From contig JANOFO010000009.1 of NCBI GenBank assembly GCA_031413715.1, positions 2,718 through 66,717 on the forward strand: a stretch of DNA of 64,000 nt. The letters run 5' to 3'. This DNA is from Minisyncoccota bacterium (GTDB taxonomy: Bacteria; Patescibacteriota; Minisyncoccia; Phycocordibacterales; UBA9973). The notes below the pieces were generated by a model. The model worked only from the letters and a program-made list of their open reading frames with translations. It searched no databases and was not told where the DNA came from. The position numbers and the translations under genes are program-made. Positions 10,158-18,853 of the stretch are shown here, piece by piece; the stretch's first letter is position 1, and each line of letters begins with the position of its first letter.

Positions 10158-11900
10158 CTAGGAGCGGTTTTTGATTTCGGCGGCTATGTGAGCTTTGAAA
10201 TCTTCCAGATTCATTTCTATTTTTGTTCCATCGCGTTTTTCTATTGTAAGCACTCCAGAATCCTTTTCTTTGTCGCCATAGATTATTATATATGGAGCAT
10301 TTTCCTTTTTAGCAGCGTGAATGCGTTTACCGAGACTATCATTATAATCAAAATGTTCTATGCGTATATCATTATCTCTTAGTGCTTCTGCAAGTTTTGT
10401 TGTTCCTTCTATATGTGAGTCTTTGACAGGAATGATTGCGACTTGTATCGGGTTTAACCACGTAGGGAAGACTCCTGCGTAGTGTTCTATGAGCACTGAC
10501 ATGAATCTTTCTATCGAGCCCATGATAGCTGCGTGAATCATGACAATACGTTCTTGTTCACTCTTTTCATTAATACAAAATAGATCAAATCTCTCGGGCA
10601 TATTGGAATCAAGCTGGATCGTAGCGACCTGCCATTCTCTGCCTATAGAATCTTTGGCCATAAAGTCTATCTTTGGTCCGTAGAAAGCCGCCTCTCCAAC
10701 CGCTTCAACTGGCACCTCGCCCTTCTCTTTGACTATAGAGCGGAGCTCTTCTTCAGCATGAATCCATACATCCTCAGTTCCTAAGTATGCTGTCATATTC
10801 TTTGGATCATGGAGAGAAAGCCTAGGGATCAAAGTGAACCCGAATGTGCCGTAAAAAGTTTTCACGATATCATAGATCTTAGAAATTTCTTCCTTTACTT
10901 GAGTAGTGCGGCAGAATACATGAGCGTCATCCTGAGTGATAGATCGTACGCGAGAAAGCCCAGCAAGCTCTCCTGATTGCTCATCACGATAAACTTTTGT
11001 TGTAGAGGCATATCTCTCCGGCATCTCGCGATAGCTCCACTGTCTGCGCGCAAATATCTGAGTATGATGCGGGCAGTTCATCGGCTTCATGGCAAATTCA
11101 TGACCTTCACGCGTATTGATGCGGAAAAGATCATCCTTGAATTTATCCCAGTGACCAGATGTCTCGTATAATTCTTTCTTTGTGATATGCGGAATATCAA
11201 CGCGTTCATATCCGACCCTTTGGCGGAGCTCCCAGACGAAACCATCGAGTAGGTCTCGCATAAGAGTTCCTTTTGGAGTCCACAAGGGAAGGCCTGCTCC
11301 GACAAGATCGGAAAATGTAAAAAGATCAAGCTCTCTACCGAGCTTCTTGTGGTCTCTTTTTCTAGCCTCTTCCTGCTGATTTATATATGTATCGAGATCA
11401 TGCTTATTTTCAAATGCGAGTCCATAAATGCGAGTGAGCATTTTATTCTTCTCATCTCCTCGCCAGTATGCGCCAGCGACTCGTTCAAGCTTGAATGAAT
11501 CAGACTTGATCTCATCTCTAGGATTCTCTACGTGTCCGCCACGACAAAGGTCTGTGAATGATCCTGAAGTATATAAGGTGATTTCTTCTCCTTTTTCCAC
11601 AATTCCATTTATAAGCTCCTCTTTATATTCGTTACCAGCGAACATCTTCCTAGCATCACCCTCGTTCGTCACTTTCTTTTCAAATCCAGACCAGGTTGGT
11701 AGAAGCTCTCGCATTTTTGCTTCTATTTTCTCAAGATCGCTATCGGCAATTTTGCCATTTATGTCTATATCGTAGTAGAAGCCGTTATCTACAGCAGGAC
11801 CGAGAGTGAGTTTGGACCCCGGATAAAGTTCCATGACTGATGCCCCCAAAAGGTGGGCTAGGGAGTGGCGAATATGCGCCAAATGTTCATTGTTTTCCAT
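10158..11900 (-). CDS. thrS: Threonine--tRNA ligase (lacks N-terminal TGS domain)
   Basis: RHSLAHLL, DLCRGGH, AGAYWRGD, RDHKKLG, KPMNCPHH, YGPKIDF, IHAAIMGSIERF. Confidence 0.97.
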   Translation of the reverse strand: MENNEHLAHIRHSLAHLLGASVMELYPGSKLTLGPAVDNGFYYDIDINGKIADSDLEKIEAKMRELLPTWSGFEKKVTNEGDARKMFAGNEYKEELINGIVEKGEEITLYTSGSFTDLCRGGHVENPRDEIKSDSFKLERVAGAYWRGDEKNKMLTRIYGLAFENKHDLDTYINQQEEARKRDHKKLGRELDLFTFSDLVGAGLPLWTPKGTLMRDLLDGFVWELRQRVGYERVDIPHITKKELYETSGHWDKFKDDLFRINTREGHEFAMKPMNCPHHTQIFARRQWSYREMPERYASTTKVYRDEQSGELAGLSRVRSITQDDAHVFCRTTQVKEEISKIYDIVKTFYGTFGFTLIPRLSLHDPKNMTAYLGTEDVWIHAEEELRSIVKEKGEVPVEAVGEAAFYGPKIDFMAKDSIGREWQVATIQLDSNMPERFDLFCINEKSEQERIVMIHAAIMGSIERFMSVLIEHYAGVFPTWLNPIQVAIIPVKDSHIEGTTKLAEALRDNDIRIEHFDYNDSLGKRIHAAKKENAPYIIIYGDKEKDSGVLTIEKRDGTKIEMNLEDFKAHIAAEIKNRS

Positions 11901-11955
11901 AGTAAGCCCATCATAGCATATTTGCATTTTAGGAGAAAATAAGTATACTACCTAT

Positions 11956-12174
11956 ATGGTTATACGAATGCGACATACACGTTCCCATACTGGGAACCGC
12001 CGATCACACCACGCTTTAAAGGGTAAGACTTTTGGAGTTTGTTCCAACTGTCAGAAGCCTAAAGAGACTCATGTAATGTGCACACACTGTGGATTTTACC
12101 GGGGACGCAAAGTTATCGATGTGGTTAAGAAAGTAGAAAAGAAGCAGGCTAAGAAAAAAGCTAAGAAGAGTTAG
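11956..12174 (+). CDS. rpmF: 50S ribosomal protein L32
   Basis: RRSHHAL...CxxC...HxxCxxCGFYRGR. Confidence 0.93.
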   Translation: MVIRMRHTRSHTGNRRSHHALKGKTFGVCSNCQKPKETHVMCTHCGFYRGRKVIDVVKKVEKKQAKKKAKKS

Positions 12175-12177
12175 TTT

Positions 12178-12240
12178 TTAGGTGATAGGTTCTAGGTTAT
12201 AGTTCTCTACTACAACCTGTAACCTACAACCTATTCGCTC
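12178..12240. repeat. Intergenic heptamer-periodic imperfect inverted repeat (TAGGTTn / nAACCTA)
   Basis: taggtga taggttc taggtta tag ... caacctg taaccta caaccta. Confidence 0.55.
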
Positions 12241-12248
12241 ATTTATTT

Positions 12249-13157
12249 ATGGCAAACCGGCACCTTTCACGTTCAATTGTTCTTCAGACACTCTTTGAGT
12301 GGGATTTTGCTGTTGAAAAAGACATTACCCCGAAGGAGATGCTCGACAAGAATATTTTAGAATTCGGCCCTGGGCTTGACGACGCATCTTTCATGTCCGA
12401 GCTCATGCAGGGCGTCGTAAAGAAGCAGGCTATTATCGATGAGATCATAGAAAAAGCTGCGCCTGATTGGCCGATTGACAAAATATCAATCGTTGACCGC
12501 AATATTCTCCGTATGGGGCTCTACGAGCTTCTCTTTGGTGATCGAACCCAAGTTCCACCGAAAGTAGCTATCAATGAAGCTATAGAACTTGCAAAGAGTT
12601 TTGGTGGAGAAAATTCCAGCAAATTTATAAACGGCGTACTAGGAGGAGTATATAAAGAAATCGGTGAACCAGGCAAAGATGATGTTAGCAAAAAGAAGAA
12701 AGCTCTCCAATTCGAGACCGACCCTGCAAAATTTCCAATTGAGAAAAAAGCTGGCGCTGTTATATACGCAGAACATGAAAGCAGTATTTACTTTGCCTTC
12801 GTCCATGACGTTTTTGGTTACTGGACGCTTTCAAAAGGGGGAGTTGAAGAAGGTGAAGATGTCAAAGCGGGAGCAATAAGAGAGATTAAAGAAGAGCTTG
12901 GAATTGAAATAAATATAAAAGAAATCCTTGGTGAGAATGAGTACATTGCTTCTCATCCAGAAAAAGGAAAAATTCGCAAACAAGTTACATTTTTTTTGGC
13001 TGAAACTGTGTATGGTGATCTTGCACTCCACAATAAATCAGGTGGACTCGATGATGCAAAATGGTTCCCGCTTGAAGAAATCGCGAGCCTAAAGATGTAT
13101 GACAATATGATCCCGCTTCTGACGAAAGCGATTGAAATTTTAACAACAAAGAATTAG
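12249..13157 (+). CDS. nusB: Transcription antitermination factor NusB fused to NUDIX hydrolase
   Basis: IVDRNILRMG, PPKVAINEAIELAKSFG, FINGVLG; Nudix box KGGVEEGEDVKAGAIREIKEELGI. Confidence 0.93.
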   Translation: MANRHLSRSIVLQTLFEWDFAVEKDITPKEMLDKNILEFGPGLDDASFMSELMQGVVKKQAIIDEIIEKAAPDWPIDKISIVDRNILRMGLYELLFGDRTQVPPKVAINEAIELAKSFGGENSSKFINGVLGGVYKEIGEPGKDDVSKKKKALQFETDPAKFPIEKKAGAVIYAEHESSIYFAFVHDVFGYWTLSKGGVEEGEDVKAGAIREIKEELGIEINIKEILGENEYIASHPEKGKIRKQVTFFLAETVYGDLALHNKSGGLDDAKWFPLEEIASLKMYDNMIPLLTKAIEILTTKN

Positions 13158-13220
13158 TTCCTAGTTGTTATGTCCTAGTCAAAATACTAGTCCCTAGCAA
13201 CTATAACCTATAACCTAATC
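13155..13220. repeat. Intergenic heptamer-periodic imperfect inverted repeat
   Basis: tagttcc tagttgt tatgtcc tag ... cta gtcccta gcaacta taaccta taaccta. Confidence 0.5.
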
Positions 13221-13222
13221 CT

Positions 13223-13918
13223 ATGTCCGACCTGTCCTTATTTGAGAAAAAGACCAATCTAATATTTAAAGATAAAAAGCTTCTGGAACAAGCTTTTATT
13301 CACCGTTCATATATTAATGAGAACACTGGCTCCAATTTCTCTCACAACGAACGCTTGGAGTTTTTAGGGGATGCGGTTCTTGAGCTTATTGTTACCGATT
13401 ATTTGTATAATAAATATCCTGATCGCGATGAAGGAGAGCTGACAGCGTATCGATCAGCACTCGTAAATGCTGTGATAATCGGTCAGGTAGCGCTTGAGCT
13501 CGGTATGAATGATTATTTATTGCTTTCAAAAGGAGAAGCTAAAGATATCGGTAAGGCTCGCAGTTATATTCTCGCTAATACCTATGAAGCATATGTTGGT
13601 GCTGTCTATTTAGATTTGGGATATGATTCGGCTCAGTCTTTTATCTCTAAAACTCTTTTCGGAAAGATTGATACAATAGTTGCCAAGAAACTCTGGCGCG
13701 ATGCTAAAAGCCTGGTTCAGGAGAAGTCGCAAGAATATCTTAATGTGACTCCAGTCTACAAAGTTTTAGCTGAAGCCGGTCCTGACCATGACAAGCATTT
13801 TACTATCGGAGTATTTTTCGGGGATGAGAAAATAGCAGAAGGTAAAGGCAAGTCCAAACAGGAAGCTGAACAATCTGCTGCCAAACTCGCATTAGAAGTT
13901 AAAGATTGGCTCGATTAA
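13223..13918 (+). CDS. rnc: Ribonuclease III
   Basis: HNERLEFLGDAVL signature, dsRBD GPDHDKHF...GKSKQEAEQ. Confidence 0.97.
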   Translation: MSDLSLFEKKTNLIFKDKKLLEQAFIHRSYINENTGSNFSHNERLEFLGDAVLELIVTDYLYNKYPDRDEGELTAYRSALVNAVIIGQVALELGMNDYLLLSKGEAKDIGKARSYILANTYEAYVGAVYLDLGYDSAQSFISKTLFGKIDTIVAKKLWRDAKSLVQEKSQEYLNVTPVYKVLAEAGPDHDKHFTIGVFFGDEKIAEGKGKSKQEAEQSAAKLALEVKDWLD

Positions 13919-13923
13919 ATTCT

Positions 13924-13944
13924 GCCACAAGTCCGACTTGTGGC
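13924..13944. repeat. 21-bp palindrome GCCACAAGTCCGACTTGTGGC (REP-like)
   Basis: Reverse-complement-identical copy at 59388-59408. Confidence 0.7.
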
Positions 13945-13955
13945 TCAGTATTATT

Positions 13956-16217
13956 ATGACACTAAAATCTATAGAACTCTCCGGATTTAAATCATTTGGC
14001 AAGAAAAGCCTAGTCTCATTTACGACTCCTATTACCGCTATTGTCGGGCCAAATGGTTCCGGCAAGTCAAATATTGTTGAAGCAATCCGCTTCGTGCTCG
14101 GTGAACAATCTATGAAATCGCTCCGTGGTAAAGGAGGAGTCGATCTTATCTTCAAAGGCTCGAAAGCTATGTCGTCGGCGAACCGTGCCTTGGTGACCAT
14201 TACATTTGATAACAGCAAGAAGATTTTCTCATTTTCAAATAGCGGTCTCGGTGTCTCGCTCGACTATGATGAGATCACGATTTCTCGTGAAGTATTTTCT
14301 GATGGGGCAAACACATATAGTATCAACTCAAGCGAAGTACGACTCAAAGATGTGATAGATCTGCTTTCGTCGGTCAATATAGGTAGTTCAGGACACCATA
14401 TCATATCGCAGGGCGAATCCGATCGTGTGCTAAATGCTTCCAATAAAGACCGTCGGGCTATGATCGAAGACGCGCTCGGGCTTAAAATTTATCAATATCG
14501 TATACGAGAAGCAGAACGCAAACTTGATAAAACTATCCTCAATGTCAAAGAAGTGCAGGCCTCTCGTCGCGAGATCGCCCCGCATTTGGCATTCCTCAAA
14601 AAGCAGGTACAGATAGTAGAGAAAGCTCACGCAATGCGCGAAGAGTTAAGAGATTTATACAAAACTTATTTAGGCGCTGAATCGACATATATACATAAAG
14701 AGACAGAAAGACTTCGTGGTCTTAAGCATACACTTGATAAAGATATGCAATCGTTCGAAGAAGGCATCCATGGCTTACAGAAAGATAAAAATGAAATAGC
14801 AGGTGAAAGTGTGCATGGAAACGAAATAAAAGAACTTGAAACCAAGCTCTCCTTAGTACGGAAAGAAAAAGATGAACTTACTCGTAAGCTCGGCCGAATC
14901 GAAGGGATACTCGAGAGTTTAGAAAGAGAACTTAATCGAGCCCAAGATGTGAATGAAAAAGTAATTCCTGAGAAAGAATGGAGGGGACTAATTGCTGATT
15001 TGAAGGAAAAAATCAGCGAAGCTCTCAGGTCTCAAGATTTGCCAGAAGTCGCTCAAATCCTCAGGGCAATAAAGGAGCGTATCGATACATTAGATACAGA
15101 AAATGCGGGACAGCCGAAGGAAACCGATCCAAAGATTCACAAAGAATATGAAGAAATGAAAACTGTCCGCAGTGAGATTGTATCTAATGTAGAAGAATTA
15201 GAGAGACAAGAACAATCAGTCTTGGCAGAGATTACATCACTCCGAGAGAAAGAACACGATAGAGATCTGCAGATTCGCGACAGCGAGCGAGTTTTATATG
15301 AAGCTCTTGGTAAAAAGAGCGAAGTTACCGCAAGCTTACAAGCAGTGCATTTTGAAGAAGAAAAACTTGCTCTCATAAAAAATGCTTTTTCCATGGAAGT
15401 TGAAGAAGCAAGCGTACTTATAGGTCCTGAAATAGGAAGATATGTGGAAGAAACGGCAGCTAGTGATGTCCTACGATCTTCACAAGAAGAACTAAGAAAG
15501 AAAATTGAGCGCATCAAGATCAAGCTTGAAGATGTCGGTTCTGGTGGCGGAGCTGATGTGCTTAAAGAATATAAAGATACAGAAGAGCGTGATCTCTTCC
15601 TTGGCAAAGAAATAAGCGACTTACACAAAGGTGTCGAAGATTGTCGATCGCTCATACAAGACTTGAAAGAAACGCTTGATTCGGAATTCAAGCGTGGAGT
15701 TGAGAAAATAAACAAGCAGTTCCATGACTTTTTTGTCCTCATGTTCGGAGGAGGTTCTGCATTCTTGTCAGTGGTGATGGAACACAAAAAGGGAAGAAGG
15801 GGAGCAAATGAAGATGACGAGGAGATGGAAGAAGAAAAAGATGAAGATGAACTTGGTTTTGAGCGGGGAATAGAGATAAATGTATCTCTTCCGCACAAAA
15901 AAGTAAAAGACTTGCACATGCTATCTGGCGGTGAACGATCGCTTGCATCTATCGCGCTCCTCTTTGCTATTTCGCAAGTGAATCCTCCGCCATTCTTAGT
16001 CCTCGATGAGACCGATGCTGCGCTTGATGAAGCGAACTCTCGTAAGTATGGAAATATGCTCGAAAACCTTTCTAAATACTCGCAACTCATTGTCGTTACC
16101 CACAATCGTGAGACTATGTCTCGCGCAAATGTGCTCTATGGGGTCACAATGGACTCATCCGGTGCTTCCAAGCTTCTCTCCATTCACCTCGAAGACGCAA
16201 GTATATATGCAAAATAG
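13956..16217 (+). CDS. smc: SMC-family ATPase, shortened
   Basis: LSGFKSF, GPNGSGKSN, IISQG, LSGGE, LDETDAALD, VVTH; only about 753 aa. Confidence 0.88.
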   Translation: MTLKSIELSGFKSFGKKSLVSFTTPITAIVGPNGSGKSNIVEAIRFVLGEQSMKSLRGKGGVDLIFKGSKAMSSANRALVTITFDNSKKIFSFSNSGLGVSLDYDEITISREVFSDGANTYSINSSEVRLKDVIDLLSSVNIGSSGHHIISQGESDRVLNASNKDRRAMIEDALGLKIYQYRIREAERKLDKTILNVKEVQASRREIAPHLAFLKKQVQIVEKAHAMREELRDLYKTYLGAESTYIHKETERLRGLKHTLDKDMQSFEEGIHGLQKDKNEIAGESVHGNEIKELETKLSLVRKEKDELTRKLGRIEGILESLERELNRAQDVNEKVIPEKEWRGLIADLKEKISEALRSQDLPEVAQILRAIKERIDTLDTENAGQPKETDPKIHKEYEEMKTVRSEIVSNVEELERQEQSVLAEITSLREKEHDRDLQIRDSERVLYEALGKKSEVTASLQAVHFEEEKLALIKNAFSMEVEEASVLIGPEIGRYVEETAASDVLRSSQEELRKKIERIKIKLEDVGSGGGADVLKEYKDTEERDLFLGKEISDLHKGVEDCRSLIQDLKETLDSEFKRGVEKINKQFHDFFVLMFGGGSAFLSVVMEHKKGRRGANEDDEEMEEEKDEDELGFERGIEINVSLPHKKVKDLHMLSGGERSLASIALLFAISQVNPPPFLVLDETDAALDEANSRKYGNMLENLSKYSQLIVVTHNRETMSRANVLYGVTMDSSGASKLLSIHLEDASIYAK

Positions 16218-16236
16218 CCTTTAATATAAAGACATT

Positions 16237-16282
16237 ATAAAACACCCTCTGTCAATAGTCCTATTGACAGAGGGTGTTTTAT
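16237..16282. terminator. Perfect 22-bp inverted repeat (smc terminator) overlapping the -35 of the next promoter
   Basis: ataaaacaccctctgtcaatag-tc-ctattgacagagggtgttttat. Confidence 0.7.
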
Positions 16283-16292
16283 TTGCTATAAT
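16264..16292 (+). promoter_or_regulatory. Consensus promoter TTGACA-17-TATAAT with extended -10 TG
   Basis: TTGACA 16264-16269; TGC TATAAT 16284-16292. Confidence 0.8.
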
Positions 16293-16306
16293 ATGAAGAA
16301 TAGTGC

Positions 16307-16318
16307 GTTCTTTGACAA
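16307..16318 (+). promoter_or_regulatory. boxA-like antitermination element GTTCTTTGACAA
   Basis: Matches rrn boxA pattern (GyTCTTTrAmA) just downstream of the predicted TSS. Confidence 0.55.
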
Positions 16319-16322
16319 TGAC

Positions 16323-16409
16323 GGGTTAAATATTGAGGAGCAAAATCTTTTTTTGTAGTGCACGCAATGTGCATTCGAAGAAAGGTTAGCTTCTTAATTT
16401 TTTTAACTT
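16323..16409 (+). other. Long 5'-UTR hairpin
   Basis: gggttaaa/tttaactt, ttgaggagc/gcttcttaa, aatctttttttg/cgaagaaaggtt, tgcac/gtgca nested pairings. Confidence 0.6.
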
Positions 16410-16422
16410 TAAAAACAGTAAA

Positions 16423-17550
16423 ATGTTAAACAAAAAAGCAAAGAGAGCCGTAACGGCTCCAACGACACCAACCATTCCTTTAAAAAGGAGCCAGGTTGAA
16501 GAAGTTTTTTCGGGACAAAAGAAGGCGATTAATGATAATATCTACCTTCACCTGAAAGAAGTTGATGAGCTCAAAAAACCATTACCGGCAATGAGCCAAG
16601 AACTTTACAAAACCAGAGAGTATTCATTGAAAAGAGGGTACAAATTTATCCTTACAATAATAGTCTTACTGGTTGTTTCAGGATTAGAGATTCCATTGAA
16701 TGCAACCGGGCTTGAAATGCTTGGAAGACCGCAGACCACAACCACTATTATGGCTTTGGGATTAGCTTGCGCATTAGGCTTACTGGCCGAAGGTGCAGGG
16801 TTTTCTTTCAGAAGAGCCGTAGCAAGGGGAAGTTTTCTGGGAGTCATAGGTGCATTATTCTGCGCAGGTGTAGCCCTCACTATTATTTACTGGCTTTCAG
16901 AGTTTCGTGTAGACTACTTTATAAGGATGAAGTATAAGAAGGAAGATATCAGTCTCACGGGACAAGTTGTATTTTCCATTGCTGTCTGGTGTGCAGGCGT
17001 TATTGGAGTTTATTTTTTAACCAGCGGGGTTAAAAATCTCCACATGGAGAAAGTTTTTAACAGTAAACGTAAATCGATCAGGCAACTGCATAAAAAAATT
17101 GATTTACTGAAAGCTGAGAAAAACATTCTTAAAGATCAGCACCCAAAAAATTTGGTGGCCGCTGAGGCCTATGAAGCCAACATTCAGCATGAAAAACAAA
17201 GAGCCGAGAATTTGAAAAATGAATTGGCTGCGCTGACAATTAAACAAAATGAAGATAATCTAAAGCAAAAATCGGAAGAAGAAAAAGTTAGAACCGGATT
17301 GCAAAAAGATGCATTTTATGGCAAATATAAGGCTTTACTGGCTATAAAAGGCCGGGTAGAGAAAATTGCAGCCGAAAATGAAGACAAAAGTGAGTTAAGC
17401 GTTAATGAAGATTACGTATCATCTATGTCTTCAGCCGAAACCCTCGTTGAAGAAATGAAAGAGTTAGTCTCAGATGAAATCCCTGAAACAGGGAAAGATT
17501 TCCAGAACGCTAAAACTATTCTTAACGATTTAAAAAACCTGGCAGCATGA
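16423..17550 (+). CDS. Multi-pass membrane protein with C-terminal coiled coil
   Basis: Four hydrophobic segments then long K/E-rich helix; stop overlaps next ATG. Confidence 0.75.
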   Translation: MLNKKAKRAVTAPTTPTIPLKRSQVEEVFSGQKKAINDNIYLHLKEVDELKKPLPAMSQELYKTREYSLKRGYKFILTIIVLLVVSGLEIPLNATGLEMLGRPQTTTTIMALGLACALGLLAEGAGFSFRRAVARGSFLGVIGALFCAGVALTIIYWLSEFRVDYFIRMKYKKEDISLTGQVVFSIAVWCAGVIGVYFLTSGVKNLHMEKVFNSKRKSIRQLHKKIDLLKAEKNILKDQHPKNLVAAEAYEANIQHEKQRAENLKNELAALTIKQNEDNLKQKSEEEKVRTGLQKDAFYGKYKALLAIKGRVEKIAAENEDKSELSVNEDYVSSMSSAETLVEEMKELVSDEIPETGKDFQNAKTILNDLKNLAA

Positions 17551-18251
17551 AAAGTTCAATCCTCACAGTAATGATAGCTGTATCAGCTATCTTACTCTCT
17601 TGTGGCGCAAAAACACCCAAGAAAAAAAACGATGTTTATATACTGGTAGATAACACCGAAAAAGTGGCGTACAAAAATGATATGGTAGCAACTCAGGCTA
17701 TTTTAGGCCTGGTTGGCAACCGTGGCACCGTCACTTTTAAGGCCCTGACAGGGGTCTCAATAAATGCTGAGGCAGAAGCTTCAGTATTGGTGGATGGATC
17801 AACAAGTGTTCTGAGACAGGATCAAATTGATCCATTTGTTGAAAAATTGGACTCACTAAAGAAGAAGTATTTTGGTGTAATAACTGAATATAAAACTTCA
17901 AGCTTATGGGTTCCAATTTGCCAGGCTATAAAAAAGCTGAATAATTCAATATTGTCTGATCCAAATTCGGCCGGTACAAAGACGCTGATAATAATGTCAG
18001 ACATGTTGGAAAATTCGGAGTATGGAAATTTTTACAAAGATATTCCATACGAAACGGTAAAAAAAGGTTTAGAAGTATCAGGAGATACTTTGCCGAAAAA
18101 TTGTAAAGTAAAAGTCGTTGTTGTGTTCAATCCTGAACAAAGTATAGAAAAAGAGAAGAAGCATAAGAAAGCCATGAAATACTGGCACAAATTCTTCGAA
18201 GAGTCAGGAATTGAATATGAAGTAACAGCCAAAATGGGCGAAAAACTGTAA
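17547..18251 (+). CDS. Lipoprotein with VWA-like Rossmann domain
   Basis: Lipobox LLSC; YILVDNTE and LIIMSDMLENS motifs. Confidence 0.6.
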   Translation: MKSSILTVMIAVSAILLSCGAKTPKKKNDVYILVDNTEKVAYKNDMVATQAILGLVGNRGTVTFKALTGVSINAEAEASVLVDGSTSVLRQDQIDPFVEKLDSLKKKYFGVITEYKTSSLWVPICQAIKKLNNSILSDPNSAGTKTLIIMSDMLENSEYGNFYKDIPYETVKKGLEVSGDTLPKNCKVKVVVVFNPEQSIEKEKKHKKAMKYWHKFFEESGIEYEVTAKMGEKL

Positions 18252-18254
18252 TGT

Positions 18255-18755
18255 ATGCCAAACCAAGCAGGCGAAGCGCTAGGACAGTTAAAAGGCTACA
18301 TTCCACAGCTCGTATTGGTTAAAACCATGCTTCAGCAGATGGTGAAAAGATTTTCTCCAATTAGTTACTATAAAAAGTTTATTTATGGCAAAAATCCACC
18401 GAGCCTAATTCCCATTGAGGCGATTGAAGAGTTCTGGACTGGTTTAAGTTCTGCCCAAAAGTCCCTACTTGAATTTAGGAGTTTATTTAATGAAAATGAT
18501 CTTCCTGAAAACATTAGGCCAACTTTTGTGAGTATTTCTGTAGACCTCTTACAAAACAAGTTCGATCTCGATAACGAAGTTGTGAAGATTGGAGGTATCG
18601 GCGGTGCATGGTGGAAGGATGTTCCATATGTCTTAAAAAACTGGAATCCGATGAAATATAAGGTAAAAGTAATGTACTCGCAAGAGGCTTACGAAAATAT
18701 ATCTTATTATTTCAAGCTGATAGGCCTTATTGAAGGATTAGAAGCAAAGATGTAA
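18255..18755 (+). CDS. Hypothetical protein
   Basis: 166-aa ORF 3 nt after previous stop. Confidence 0.65.
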   Translation: MPNQAGEALGQLKGYIPQLVLVKTMLQQMVKRFSPISYYKKFIYGKNPPSLIPIEAIEEFWTGLSSAQKSLLEFRSLFNENDLPENIRPTFVSISVDLLQNKFDLDNEVVKIGGIGGAWWKDVPYVLKNWNPMKYKVKVMYSQEAYENISYYFKLIGLIEGLEAKM

Positions 18756-18787
18756 CTTTACTGTTTTACCGTCATTGAAAATAACAC

Positions 18788-18828
18788 AACAACCCGTGAG
18801 CTTATTTATAAGTCTCCGGGTTGTTTTT
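18788..18828. terminator. Bidirectional intrinsic terminator
   Basis: aacaacccg...cgggttgtt hairpin plus T tract between convergent genes. Confidence 0.7.
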
Positions 18829-18853
18829 CTATTCAGCAAGCTCATCTTTCGCC

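Noticed and set aside
15137-16105. 322-aa antisense ORF in smc
   Set aside because: Ser/Phe-rich mirror of a Glu/Lys-rich sense gene
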